Shown in pieces: positions 1 to 13,725 of a DNA stretch of 64,000 bases; the stretch's first letter is position 1; each line of letters opens with the position of its first letter. The notes beneath the pieces are model-generated. The model saw only the letters and a program-made list of their open reading frames with translations. It did not search any database and was not told where the DNA came from. Made by a program: the position numbers and the translations under genes. The DNA is taken from assembly GCA_013265495.1 (NCBI GenBank), contig MU058423.1, forward strand, positions 4,510,793 to 4,574,792, in the 5' to 3' direction. The DNA comes from Vicugna vicugna. Taxonomy: Eukaryota.

Positions 1-135
1 TTCACCCCTCCATGCCTTTGTTTTCTCATCTGTAAGATGGGATTGATATTTGAACTACTTCACAGAGCTATTTCAAGGAGTAAGTAAAATGTACTTAAAG
101 TGCATCTAGCACATGTTAGGAACTCAATAATGATT
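1..135 (+). mobile_element. MIR SINE fragment
   Basis: Core ttctcatctgtaagatggg and 3' end aaagtgc...tagcaca...ctcaataa. Confidence 0.7.
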
Positions 136-495
136 TAAAAATTAATAAAGATGCTTTATGTAAGTATCATGACTATATATGTATGCTGTAGCACTTCTGA
201 CAAAAGGAGTTTATTTTACATGAAAATTTATGATACAGAGTTTTCCTTAGGATGAAAGTCACTCTTTACAGAACATTATTTTATTATGTATGACTCATGT
301 GAAGTAAACAAAGTTAATATGTCATTGATTTTAATGGGACTTTGCTCAGTATGATTAATATGTCATTATTGCATAAAAACATTCTACATGCTGAGAAGTA
401 GTAGCTGGTGCATTAGAATATCATTTGGCATAAAGTTTCAGCATATGCTGTTTTCACTACATGTCTCCATGAATGCAGTATCATCTGGTATAAAA

Positions 496-532
496 TAGAA
501 GTCCAGTGCGCTATCCATTGTGCTACGGAGCC
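496..532 (-). pseudogene. Retroposed 5' half of tRNA-Arg(TCT), tail-less retropseudogene
   Basis: Minus strand GGCTCCGTAGCACAATGGATAGCGCACTGGACTTCTA matches 34/37 nt of mammalian tRNA-Arg-TCT as I recall it (GGCTCCGTGGCGCAATGGATAGCGCATTGGACTTCTA). It is flanked by direct repeats 481-497 and 533-549 (tcatct[g/c]gtataaaata). Confidence 0.9.
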
Positions 533-3500
533 TCATCTCGTATAAAATAAATCAGACAGTGAATCAAAAAATGAAAAATGTATCTCCCTAACAACCATAT
601 CACATATTTTAGCACTGAATAACATATCATTTTAATCTCAAATAACATCACTATTTGTGGGGATGGTACAATGACCACATCCTTTATTGGTCTAGCTTTA
701 CTTTTAAGGAACTTGTCTGATTGCTAATAGCTCAACAGTTCTATCTCCTATCTCTACAGAGCATTCCTGAAGCCCATTTCTCTAGGACCCAATATCGTGG
801 AGTTAATTTACATGCGACTTTACTTTATAATAATGTCTGGGCTCTCTAAAATTCCCCTGGTTGGGGTTCAAGCAGAGCTAGCTGATGCTGAATTCTGTTT
901 ATTACAAACTTTACACTTCCTGGTAGTTCCTAATTTCATTTCATATTAAAATCCCCTTGTTGTAATTGCTGTCATTCTCTCTCTGTTTTCTCCTAATTAT
1001 TCTGACTAGAGTAAATTCTCAATTATTCAGGGATTGTGTATTTAATCTGTGGATTTTCCAAATCCTCGCTTTTTAATTCTGTCTTTTACTGAACATACTT
1101 AACCATTTAAATATTTCCTATTTTTATGATTCACCAAATGATAAATAATGGTAGAGTGAGAAGTTCACATTAAAATAAGGAGTTTGTTATTTTTATAGAA
1201 ATTCCTGGTAAAAGTCTGGCTCCAATGAATGCATAAAATGAATTTTTTAACCATTTGGGGATCTTAATCCTTTCAATAACATCATATATAATTTAAAATT
1301 CTACACTTTGATCTTAAATGGAATAGTTTTACCAAGATTAAAGCTGCACGTGTTTTTTTTTTAAATGCCTAATGTCATCCATCTCCATACCACCCATTAT
1401 TAAACTGCATATCACCAGAAATAATGGCGGTTGGAAGGTTTTGTTTATAAATTTGAGAGGATTAGAAGGTCTTAACATTGAAGAGACCTTGAATAGGTTT
1501 AGAAACTAAGCTGAAAAGTGAGATTAAGGACAAGTATCAAAATAAGCAATAATTTGTAATTGTTCAAAATAATCTTAGTTATGTTCTGAGCCCATGACTT
1601 CGGAAAAGCTTACCCTAAGAATATTATGAAGTAGGCAAACTGTATGCATGGGGATCCTACTCTTTATGTGCTTCTCTCACTAACTTCAGGTCTCTTTGAC
1701 CCCGTGATGTTTTTTATGCTGAACTTCAGCTCTGCAAAAATACCTATAATCCTCAATCCCACTGTCTATCTGCCTTCTAACCACCTCCTGAATACTCAAC
1801 TATTTTCCTTCCACTGTACACAGCCCAGAATTTCTGTTCTCCCTTCCTGTTGATCTTCCTGGTGACCAAAATAATAAATAGACTGATGTTCAAAGATGGT
1901 TTTAGCCACCTGTAAGCTTCTGAATCTATTCCATTTTCCTTTAAGAAAGATTGCACTGGGAAGATCTGTAAACCCAACAGAGTTCTGAGTTACTTTAATT
2001 TCTGGAAATTGAACAAAGGACAGAATGTTGTGCTACATGCATGTTTCTGCAAAATAAACAAATGATATTGGTAAACAGAGGAACAATTTCAAATCATAAT
2101 GTGAAAGTTGATTGATTCATATGTGATCATTCCCATCATTAATATTTACCACCACCAGGTAGCAAGCGCCAAACACTAGTGTACAATGACACGAGTTAAA
2201 TGCAGCTAGCCAAAGAGGAGTGTATCTGCATTCATACCCTCTTGGCTCTGTTCAGCCATATGCTCTATGTCCTGGAAATGGTATTAAGGCTTCTCCCCAT
2301 CTTTGTGCATTTTGCTTTGTCTCTGTAACTTTTCTTCATGCTCTCCCGTCAAGCTGTCTTATTTACTGAAGTGTTTATTTACTAGGAGTAACATCTTTTT
2401 TAACTGCTACTATTTTTATTAGAATTAGTGTTCCTAGTGCTCCTAGTTACAAAGCTGCATAGGTTTTGATGGTCCACCCAACCTAATTTTTCCTTAAGTT
2501 TGTTATTTTTTAGTGCACAATATTGCAGAATGTGAAGGATTTTTACAAATACGTATCTCATATGATTGCAGGAATACCTGTAGAGCATTTAAAAATGTGT
2601 GGGGAGGACTTCTTTCCATCCCGCTTTCCTTTTTCTGTCCTTCCTTTTCTTGCAGGGGACAGCCCAGAGAAAGAGGAACTCCTCCTCCTCCCACCCCCAC
2701 AGCTCTCTATATTCTAAATTTCTGTTATAAGTGATTGTTTTTTGGAGCTAAAAATCTATCCAACTGAAATCTTCACAAACCTTTCCCCAAAGTTATTATT
2801 ATCAACGATGAATTTAATTATCAAAGCTCCCCAAGGAGCACAATTCCAGTGCTGTTGATGCCTCAGTTTTTATTAAAATTCTCTTTGTGTTTAGTTAGGC
2901 CCAGATTCTTTGTTTCAAATGTCTTTTCCTACAAGCATGTATGATATTTTGAGAAACAGTCTCATTATGTCATCTTGCTTCCTTATCATCACTTTAGACT
3001 ATCCTGACACAGGTTTGGAAGAGGTTTGGTAATCTACAATCCTACTGTTGTAGTTAAGGTGCAGTTAGGGCTTGTTCTAGGCTTACAAAGAGTTGCAGAA
3101 CATTCGAGGTTTTCTCAAGATTGTCTACATGTCTGTTTGCTACAATTCAGAAATCTTGATTCTACAAAGTGTAAAATGCTGCAGGTTGGCTGAAGGATAA
3201 GATCCAGTCAGCTATCCACCCACATTAACAATGCCCAATACAACATTCCATAGTAAATTTTTTTCCTCTGGCCTCTTCTCTAACTTCCTCACCCTCAGAA
3301 ATTCTGCAGGCATTCCAGAAAGTATTTTAATGCCAAAAAAGTATTAGAAGAGAAGATACATAACTTCTGGAAAAAAATTAATATTATGAGAGGGATAAAT
3401 CAAGAAAAAAGTTGGGTTATGGAAATGAAGGCAGATATAAAGCTAAAAAAAAACTAAGTAAAACACAAGTGAGTCATAAAGTTGGCCCAGCTTTCTAGCA

Positions 3501-4831
3501 GCCAGTATGAGAGGGCCCTCTACCCAGTGCACTGTGTCCGTTAGCTGAAAGAAACCAGTTATATCGACGACACATTTATTTGGGGAGCTAACACCACAGA
3601 GAGATTTTTCTCTGAGGAGCTCATAATCTGTGATAAGGTGTATTTTTGCACTTGGGTGAAATTTTGAGAATGAAGTTCCTAAGAGGGCTGGCTTCTCATC
3701 CTTGCTTCAGCAGAGGTAAAATTTCATTGGAATGAAATTGTTCCAGGCTAAACAATAAATGCAGATTACTGATGTAGGTAATTCTGTTCCTCTGCTGAAC
3801 CCAGTTTTCTGCGTAGGATTTGCTTATGTATCATAGAACTTAATTGTTATATAGCCGGTGTTTATTAAATCATTAAATGAATGACCACTTGTTTGGATGT
3901 GTGCTCTTCGGCACCAAGTACCAAGTAGAATGGCAGTTTGTCTACCTTTGCTACTGTGTTGAGGATTCAGTTTCCTGGGAAACTGCCACATTTGATGAGC
4001 TATGTTAGGGAAATGGGAACAGGGGATACTGATGAGTGGCTAGTATTTGTCAACCTGCCGATCCTGTATACTGAAGGTAGCTCTTGGAGGCCTATGAGAC
4101 AGATCTCCAATGAGACTTCTTAAAACTAAGGGGTTATCGGAGGTTAGGAAGTGAAAGACGTGTTCAGTTGTCATGAATTAGCTATGTAACCTTAAGCAAA
4201 TCCTTCAAAAATCTGTGTAACTCTTTTTCCTAGTATGTAAAGATAATTACCTGCCCTCCCTAACACTTACACCACCCCAGTCTTTTGCCCATTATTTTTA
4301 ATTTATTTTACTTTCTGGTTTATCATGTGAATATACCTATTTGAAGGCAGAAACTATGTTTTAATGGTTTGTAACCTAAGTGCTTATCACAATGACTATT
4401 GTATACTCAATAAAATGTCCACTTGTCCAGTGAGTTAACAGAAATACTTGGAAAGTTTCACAGTGCTAAATAAATGTAGGCTGTTGGAGAAAGCGGACAG
4501 AACTTCACCAAGTTTTTCTCTCCTTATGGCTGGCAGTTCCTTCCTGAGGCCCAAGTGGCCCTGAGCAATCAATACCAGTTCACACAGAGCCCGGACGGTG
4601 CTGGGATGTTGGATGCGTCTCACAATCTCATCCTTCTGGAAGTGTCCTCGCTTCAAAGGGCTTGAGCTTCCTTTGGGTCATCTCGTGTCCAGTGTCACAT
4701 ATTGCTCGTCATATACAGCCACGCTGATACTGTCAAACAAAACCTGTAAAAAAAAAAAAATCAAAATGTTGACTATTTATCCTGTAGCACACTTTCAATG
4801 TGTCCACCTGCTCCAGGTCTGCATATTAGAA

Positions 4832-4887
4832 CAGCTACGAGTTAACCGAGATCTTAACGCAGCTACGAGTTAACCGAGATCTTAACG
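4832..4887. repeat. Perfect 28 bp tandem duplication
   Basis: cagctacgagttaaccgagatcttaacg occurs at 4832-4859 and 4860-4887. Confidence 0.97.
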
Positions 4888-5098
4888 CACTAGGCACTGT
4901 GTGCTTATATGTATTAACTTATTGTATCCTCTCATTTCTATGAGGCAGGTAGGATTACTATCCCACTTGCATGAGAGCACTGGAGAGAAAACAGAGGTTA
5001 AGTATTTTGCCCACAGTTTAAGAGTGATGCAGCCTAGGTTCCAGTGTGACCTGTCTGGATTGAGTCCAAGCTTTTAACCACTATGCCATGTTGCCTCT
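4888..5098 (-). mobile_element. MIR SINE
   Basis: aggcactgtg...cagaggttaagtattttgccca...ttttaaccactatgccatgttgcctct matches the MIR antisense pattern. Confidence 0.7.
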
Positions 5099-5912
5099 AG
5101 ACTAACTGCTTTAGGTATATTTTTATAATTCATCTTATGTTTGAGAAAACATTAAAAACAAGAATTTTCATTCTAATTATGACATACTCTCCTTTTACTT
5201 CTGTAGTTACCCAGAGTTTTAACTGGTGTGCTTTGTGTGGTTATACTGGTAGTGAGTGGGAACTCTACAGATTCATATATTTATAAAACATGTTTAAAAA
5301 ATGGAATTTGGTAGAAGGCTTTCATGTATTCATACAGCAATGGGATTATTGTAGGAAGTTAAACACCAGAAATCTACTCAAAACTGTATACTAAATAAAT
5401 GTTCAGCTTAAAACACAGTTGATCCTAACAGAAGGAACTAATTTATACCTCTAGCTTAAACCAGGCCTAGTTTGCTATGACTGTACTATTTACATAGGCT
5501 GTCTTAACATCACCATGGTGACAACTGTAAATATATTACTTACTATTCAAGGATCTTGTAAAGTGGATGATTTTGTACATGTTTCCCTTCATAATGGCAG
5601 ATTTTATTGTACTGATACCAAGTTTTAGCAAATTAGTCATAATACTTAAGTATTTTGATAAGCAAAATAAAGAAGAAAACTCAGTTATAATAAACATTTC
5701 TATGTTAGAGTACTTCAGAAGACCAGTTTTTCACATCTATTTTCTACTAGCATGAAGAAACCGTACATTAAGAATAGGTGAATTGCCCTGAAGCTATATG
5801 CTGTAGGGACTGTTTTTAAGAACTAACAATATTAAAAAGGCGAAACCATTATAATTCAAACAGTACGCAAGACTTCTTACTTCATCTGTAAAAACAGAGA
5901 GAATGCCAATGC

Positions 5913-5918
5913 TTTATT
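5913..5918 (-). terminator. Candidate PRMT6 polyadenylation signal
   Basis: AATAAA on the minus strand followed by a U-rich tract (ttctctctgttttt), about 1.1 kb past the stop codon. A second AATAAA lies at 6504-6509. Confidence 0.5.
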
Positions 5919-7035
5919 TGCCACAGGGATAAGGAGGGAAACATTGGTAAAATTAATTTGATAACATGACTCACACTTCATTACAAATTATTTTCCTAAA
6001 TTCACAACTTTTTCACATTTAGCTGAGCTTAAAAGAAAAAAAGAAACATACTAAAAAAAAATTTAGTTGATGTAAGTAGGCCAAATCACATGATCCCTCT
6101 AAATGAGAGGTTAATTTTCAAGCTGGGAAAATATTTTCCTTAATTTATGAGCTTAAATAATTCACCCATGGTGCTAAATAAGATCTTGGGTAAGGATCAG
6201 AAGAAATCTCTACCAGCCTGTTTTAAAGAAGTACACAAAAATTTTACTATGGAAAATACATGAAATGTTCTCTTGATTAAATCTTAATAGTAAAGACAAG
6301 AATTAAAAAATCCATACTACTTCGTGTCTTTCAGGCCTTTTCTCCTAATGTTATCTTCTAGATTTCTTAGGTATGCTGCACCATTACACAGGAAGTTTAT
6401 CGCACTTAATGGAGTACTGTGTTCACCAACTTCAGCACTCTAAGTACCAAGTGTTATTTAAACTTCCTACGCATTCTCCTCCCTCAAGTCACCAGTAGTA
6501 AAATTTATTTAAAGAACAATGAGGAAGAAGTACTGTGGCCTAGAGGCAGCTGGGAAGGAATAGAATTAAGAGAATGAGCTCTAGAGAGATATTAGTCACA
6601 TTGGAAATTTATGGGATCTAACTGTAAACCCCTTTACCCTCTTCCTGGCTTCAGACTTTGGGTGTGAGGTGTCAGGGATGTGCAAGGAGCCTTCATAAGC
6701 TGACATTTTCTTCCCTTTTTTCTTTCCTGCATGAAACTAAAGGGAAACACAAGTGCTTGGTACCACGTGCTTTTGAGGCTTAAGGGACCATTAATAAACA
6801 CGCTGTTTCGATCGTTGCGGGGGAGAGGAATCACTTTTTAATAAATACCGCCAGAAGACTCTCCTAGAAGGGAGACTGAAGTTACTCTCCCTCCCCAGGA
6901 GCCCTGAGGGAAAAGGGGGACGGAAGATAAGGCCCCCTACTTGCTTGTGAGATCTCCCTTTCTCCTCCGACCCCCCTCCACCTCTACCGCGCAGGTCTGG
7001 CCGACTCGGGAGGTAGCTGGGAGAAAAGGCCATGC

Positions 7036-8379
<1,344 letters not shown>

Positions 8380-9439
8380 TTACGTTCCCCCTCCTTCCCT
8401 TAGATCCTCAATTCTCTCTTTGCTTTCTTTCCCTTCCTGAAGTGGACTCGCCCACTTAAAACTATTGTCTGCTCAACTCCCAGGTTTTCTTTATTACACC
8501 GAATTCTCTGGGCGGCACCGTTCACACACTACCGCCTCACCTGAACGGGTGCGGCTCTTAAAGCTCTCCAGACGTGGAGATTTAGAAATTGCACTACGTG
8601 TTTTTCTTCCTCGTTTTCGGGTGGAATTAGAATGCAGGGGAGGTGTAAAGGGAACAAAGTAAAAATCTAACGTTGTATAAAGCCTTGGTTCTGATTCCAG
8701 TGAGACCACAAATTAATAGAATGATTAGGGCAAGTTACAGAACTGCTCTTGCCTTCAGTTACCGCACCATTCACCCACCAGCAACAAGGAATTTCATTGC
8801 AGTTAAAACATTACAATTTGGTCTCTCTTGCAGGAGAATGGTTACTTGGCTCCTAGTCCTGCTCTGGTAATTGTGTGGATCATTCAGGAGTTAAATCTTG
8901 GAAAGGTTCAGACCAAGAAGCAGTTGAAAAGCAACAGTGGTGTGATTACAGTTAAACCCATTGCCAGGTTATTCAGGTAACCAATCACCCCCACACCCCC
9001 AGAAGTAACCGAATCTTTCTTCCCTCGTGATGGCACTTTTCCTCTGCAATTCATTTTTTCCTGTGTGTCTCCTTGTTTGGGCAAGATTGGTACGCCCCTC
9101 TTTCCCTTCCATTTTCCTTTCTGTCAAGTATCAACTGTTGAATTCTTCCCTCTTGGTTGTTCGTGTTAGAAATAAAATACATTTAAAAATACATGTGATG
9201 TCTATATGGGTATCTGTTCTTCTCAAGTAAGGTGAGAAAAAATTTTCTCCCAGTTTAAGAAAAAAGATAATCACATGAAGAAAGGTGACTCTTATTTTCT
9301 TGTAATCTCACACTATGTTTAACCAATGGGCCTATATTCCTTATCTTGGAGGAAAAGTTCCTTCACCCCGTTGTCTCTATTAATCTGTCATTTAATGAAA
9401 ATAGGCTTATTGACCTGACATCCTCAGCTGTACTTCTAA

Positions 9440-9615
9440 CTCAGGACCCTCAATTCTAGCTGCTCATTAGAATCCTCTGTGGAAGACTTAAAAAATACCT
9501 ATGCCTGTGTCCCACCTCAAACCAGTTAAATCAGAACCACTCCAGTGGAGCCTGCACATATAGTTATAAAAGCTACCCAGGGAATTTGTGCAGCCAGGAT
9601 GAGAATTGTTTCACT
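9440..9615. mobile_element. MER5-type hAT-Charlie element
   Basis: ctgctcattagaatc...aaaaatacctatgcctgtgtcccacc...aaatcagaa...gtgcagccaggatgagaa. Confidence 0.6.
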
Positions 9616-9929
9616 AAAATGATCTTAGTTAAATCTTGCTTTATTTATTTTCGTTGGGTAAACTATCTTTTTTCAGTGCCCTGGGTTCAACCATTTAAAG
9701 CTAAAAATCCTCACAGTAGTTCCTCTCTGCCTAGTTTTAAGAAAATAGTGGGACATGGGATCAGAGTCTTAAGTGTGACCACTTTAATATATTAATTCTA
9801 GGCTTACTCAGGGTATATTTCTCCCATTCTTCCCGCCATCAAAATCTTTGCCCTTCCCTTTTAAATGCATTCACTCCTCTACCCAATTTTCACTTCACTT
9901 ACTTTGATCTCTTTTAAAGAAATTCTGAA

Positions 9930-10580
9930 TATAAGTTTTGTTGGTTCTACCTCCAAAATATATCTGAGTCCATCTTCTTTTCTCCTTCTCCACTGCCTCC
10001 ACCCTAGTCTAATTTTCCATCTTTCCTTGTGTGGAAATCAGTCTCCAAAGAGATCTCTCTGCTGCTAAATCATACCCCTATCTAATCCATTTTTCACAGA
10101 GCTACAAAAATAAGCTTTTAAAAATCTAAACTGGACTGTGTCATTCTCCAGTAACTTCTTATTCCTGTTACTGGAACAATCCAGTAACTTCACGTAACTT
10201 CCCATCTTATCTTGTACTGCTCTTCCCAACTCCTCTTTGGGCCCAAGATATACTGACCTTTAATGACACCTTTTTCCTGTCTTAGGTCTTCAGTTATGCT
10301 CTTACAGGCCCTGGAAAATTGTTTTTCTTCTTAGCACTTTACTTCAGTGGCTCCTTCTCAACTGTCAGGTCTCAAATTTTACTCCTAAGAAAGTTCTTCC
10401 CTGGTTACTTTAAATACTATTTTCTAACCCAAGATGCCATTTATTTCCTTCATAGCTGAATGTACATAATTTATTTGTCTATTTATTTTCTGTGAAATAT
10501 AAACTTCAGGAGACTTGGACTTCTGTTTCCTGGCTATTGTAGTTCCCAGCACTAGAACAGAGCCTGGCCAGTCAATGAAG
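9930..10580 (+). mobile_element. L2 LINE 3' remnant
   Basis: ttctacctccaaaatatatctga...ttctccactgcc..., ending cccagcactagaacagagcctggc. Confidence 0.6.
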
Positions 10581-11030
10581 ACTGATGTGGAAACAAATTG
10601 CTATTCAGAGAGGAAGGAAAAGAGAGTTTGGCTTTTTGTAGTTCAGTATGACAGTTTGACTCTGGGAAACTCTGGGGTAAATCCAGATACAGGTCAAATT
10701 TAAGATGCTCCCAGATGTGAAATTATTTCATTTCCAAACTTTCTTAACCCTTTTAGATAGAATAATGGTAAGCCCTAACTATTGGCCAGATTAGAGAAAA
10801 AATGGCCTGTGCCACTGTCCCTTCCAGTACTCAGCTTGATATACAGAGAGATTTCTTTACTTATCTTTTCTACCACACTGAGTTGTTTTAAGTAAGAGAT
10901 CATAGTCCTCTGAGCATTGCAGCTCAGCAGCAAACCAGTTGGATGGGAGAAGTTTTCCAACTGTGCTGGCAGAGCGTTCTTTGTGTTTTCATATCAGTGG
11001 TCTGCTCACCACTTACATTCAATGCACAAA

Positions 11031-11232
11031 CAATGTTTTTCAAACAAATGGATCTTGAAATTGATTTAATACACTTTCACTAGCATTAAAAAAAAGAAGT
11101 AGAAGAAATAGAATAGAAAATAGCAAATGCATAAAATGAGTATAGGTGAGTATTATTTCATAAAACTTGTTGCAGTTAAGTGTACTAAATGTATATTGCT
11201 ACAGGTTATAGTTAAAAGTTTGAAATCCACAG
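11031..11232. mobile_element. MER103-like hAT-Charlie element
   Basis: Degenerate TIRs caatgtttttcaaac / gtttgaaatccacag, with internal aatagaatagaaaata...gtgagtattatttcataaaac. Confidence 0.55.
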
Positions 11233-13199
11233 TTTACTGTTCTCCAAAATCAAAGTGAACTTTGACAGTTCTGTACCTTTGCTTTGAGTGTGGAACTCCT
11301 TTGTCCTGTTGCTCATCTTTTTAGATAATGCTCAGATGTTAACAATTTTTTGTAGCTTTTTCAACCAGTGCCCTGATAACACTTATATGTAACTCTTTTT
11401 TTCATTTATCCCATTTTACCAGAACTATTTATACATCTGGCTTTTCCGTGTCAGAGGTGGGACATTTGAACACCAAGATTTTTTGTTTTTCACTTTTATA
11501 TTGAGAATCTAGCTTGTACTAAAATCTGAACCATTTCCACATTCCAGATTGGGTCCTGGGTATACACAGGGTCACAGATGTGTTTTGTATGACTGGGAGA
11601 ACCATGATCGATTTCTGCATCACTCTCATGTATTTATCCATTCATCCATTCATTTATCATTCTGGACTAATACTCTGCACTAAGTATTCCAGAAACAGGG
11701 AACATATCAATAAACAAAAAGACAAAAGTCCTTACTCCCAAGGAGCTTATATTTTAGAGTTAGTGTTACATTATCTATTATTATGGGTTTTTTTTAACTT
11801 AAGCAAACTGTTATACCACTTCTAACGCCCAACTTTTCTTTCCTGTATTATTTTATCTCAGTTTATGATGTGATTTCTTCCTACAAATACTTATTTCTAA
11901 CTTCCTTTCCTCTTTAATTTGAAGGTCTGTTGTTTAAAATGTATTTTAAAGCCTAGTGTAAGAATTGATGATAGTTCCTTCAGGATTTCAAGAACTAATT
12001 GTAATTCTCAAAGTGTATGTTGGAGAATTGGTAAAAGAACAATGACATGAAAAATGTTATAAATATCTCTTTGATATGAATATTCATTAAATAATTTAGT
12101 TCTTTCCTTGCTATAGTTACGTGGAAGCTGCCAGCATAGAAAGAGGCACTTCTGTCAAAAAAAAAAAAAATCCTTTATGGAGAATGAAGACAAAAGGTGG
12201 TGATTTTTGTATTTAAACAAATTGGAACATCAAACATGAAAAGCCCAGGTTTTTGTTACTCTCTTGATGTGTATGGTGTCTTTTAGATCCATGGTGTATT
12301 GGCCCAACTATTAAACCTAATACTAAAACAGATGAATAGCAAATTCATAGCTCCCTGATGATATTATTATGAGTAGTTGTAATTCTTTTAAAAAATGTGT
12401 GTATTGAATTGTTTAGGTAGTGACAACAGGGATATTATGAACTTAATCCATAATTAGCAATTTGGTTTAAATTTATTGAGCCCTCTTAGTGTATTGAATG
12501 TGGCATTTTAACAATTCCAAGTGTAAATATTGGTTATGAGATTTTAACAATTTCTGCTATAAATCAGGCCACTGTAATGAAAATAGTACAGAAAAATAGG
12601 AATGTAAATTATAAAAGTAATGTATCGGTGCATGTATGGAATTGTTTGCTCACCTGCCCCAGGGGTAATAAGCATCATGTAGTTTAATGAAAATCAGGCA
12701 TTAAGGTTAATGATTGTTACTTAATAAGACGTTTTTCTTTCTTTTTTCTTTTGTGAAAACCTTTAATATGAAAGGAAGCCAATCAAATTCTTCAATCAGA
12801 TTCTTATATTCTGATAGCATTTTGCTACCGAGACATTTGAAGTGCCCTTTTGATTAGTTCAAAATTAACTGATGGGGGATTTCAATTACATATGTTGAAT
12901 AATGCTTTCAGCTGGAGAAAATAGATCCAGGTAAAAAGACCAAGGGTGTGTTCCTACTGAAACTTGATAAATATTGTAAAATATTTGCGAATTAGTCTAT
13001 GTCTCAGAGAACTATGGGTGTAGCTCTTGGCATGGGGAGATGATCAGATCAGATAAATCAAAAACAAAGTTTTGAACAAGCTGTACACCATATTTGACCT
13101 GAAGATTTTAATACAGCCCAGTTTACCTTACTCACCCTTAAGTTTCTAAACCCTACCAAGTGAAAATAAAAAGAAAAACAAACCCAAATTGTGGCTACT

Positions 13200-13383
13200 T
13201 TTTAAGTCTGGGTCCAAGAAGAAGAGAGTCCTGGAAGGAAGCCAAGCTGAGTTAAGCCTAAATGAACCCAGAAGAAGACGGCAGCTCTCATGTAATGGAA
13301 GCAAGAAACAAAAACTTTTGTTGTGAGCCGCTGAGCTGTTGGAATTACTTGTTACTGCAGCAAAAACAAAGCTGATTAATACA
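13200..13383 (+). mobile_element. MLT1 (MaLR) LTR 3' part
   Basis: Typical end ...gagccgctgag...ttgttactgcagcaaaa...ctgattaataca. Confidence 0.6.
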
Positions 13384-13389
13384 AATATA

Positions 13390-13725
13390 CATACGAAATG
13401 AGTGATCATTATAGAACCACTACCCAGGTCAAGGTATAAAACATAACCAGAGCCATGATGGTCCCTGTGTGCCTCCAATCCTATACTTGTCCTCTTTCCC
13501 AAAGGTAAGTGTCCTGATAATACCAGAAAACATTCATTGCCCTGGTTTTTGAATCTGATACACACCTAAATCATACAGTATGTATTCTCTTACGTCTAAT
13601 TTCTTTTGCTCACCTTTATGGGTGTGAGATTCACCTATGTGACTATGTGTAGCAGTATTTTTTTCACTGCCCTTGCTTTATTTTATAGTATTCCGTTGTA
13701 TGAACATACCATAATTTGTTTAAGT
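13390..13725 (-). mobile_element. Old L1M(E) 3' fragment
   Basis: aatcatacagtatgtattct...ttcttttgctca...gtgagattcacctatg...tagtattccgttgtatgaacataccataattt. Confidence 0.6.

Noticed and set aside
496..532. Functional tRNA-Arg gene
   Set aside because: There is no intron, 3' half, T-arm or B box.
2150..2168. CTCF-like motif ccaccaggtagca
   Set aside because: It mismatches a core G, and a single motif is not supportable without ChIP data.
4832..4889. CRISPR-like repeat
   Set aside because: There are only two abutting units with no spacer, in a mammalian context.
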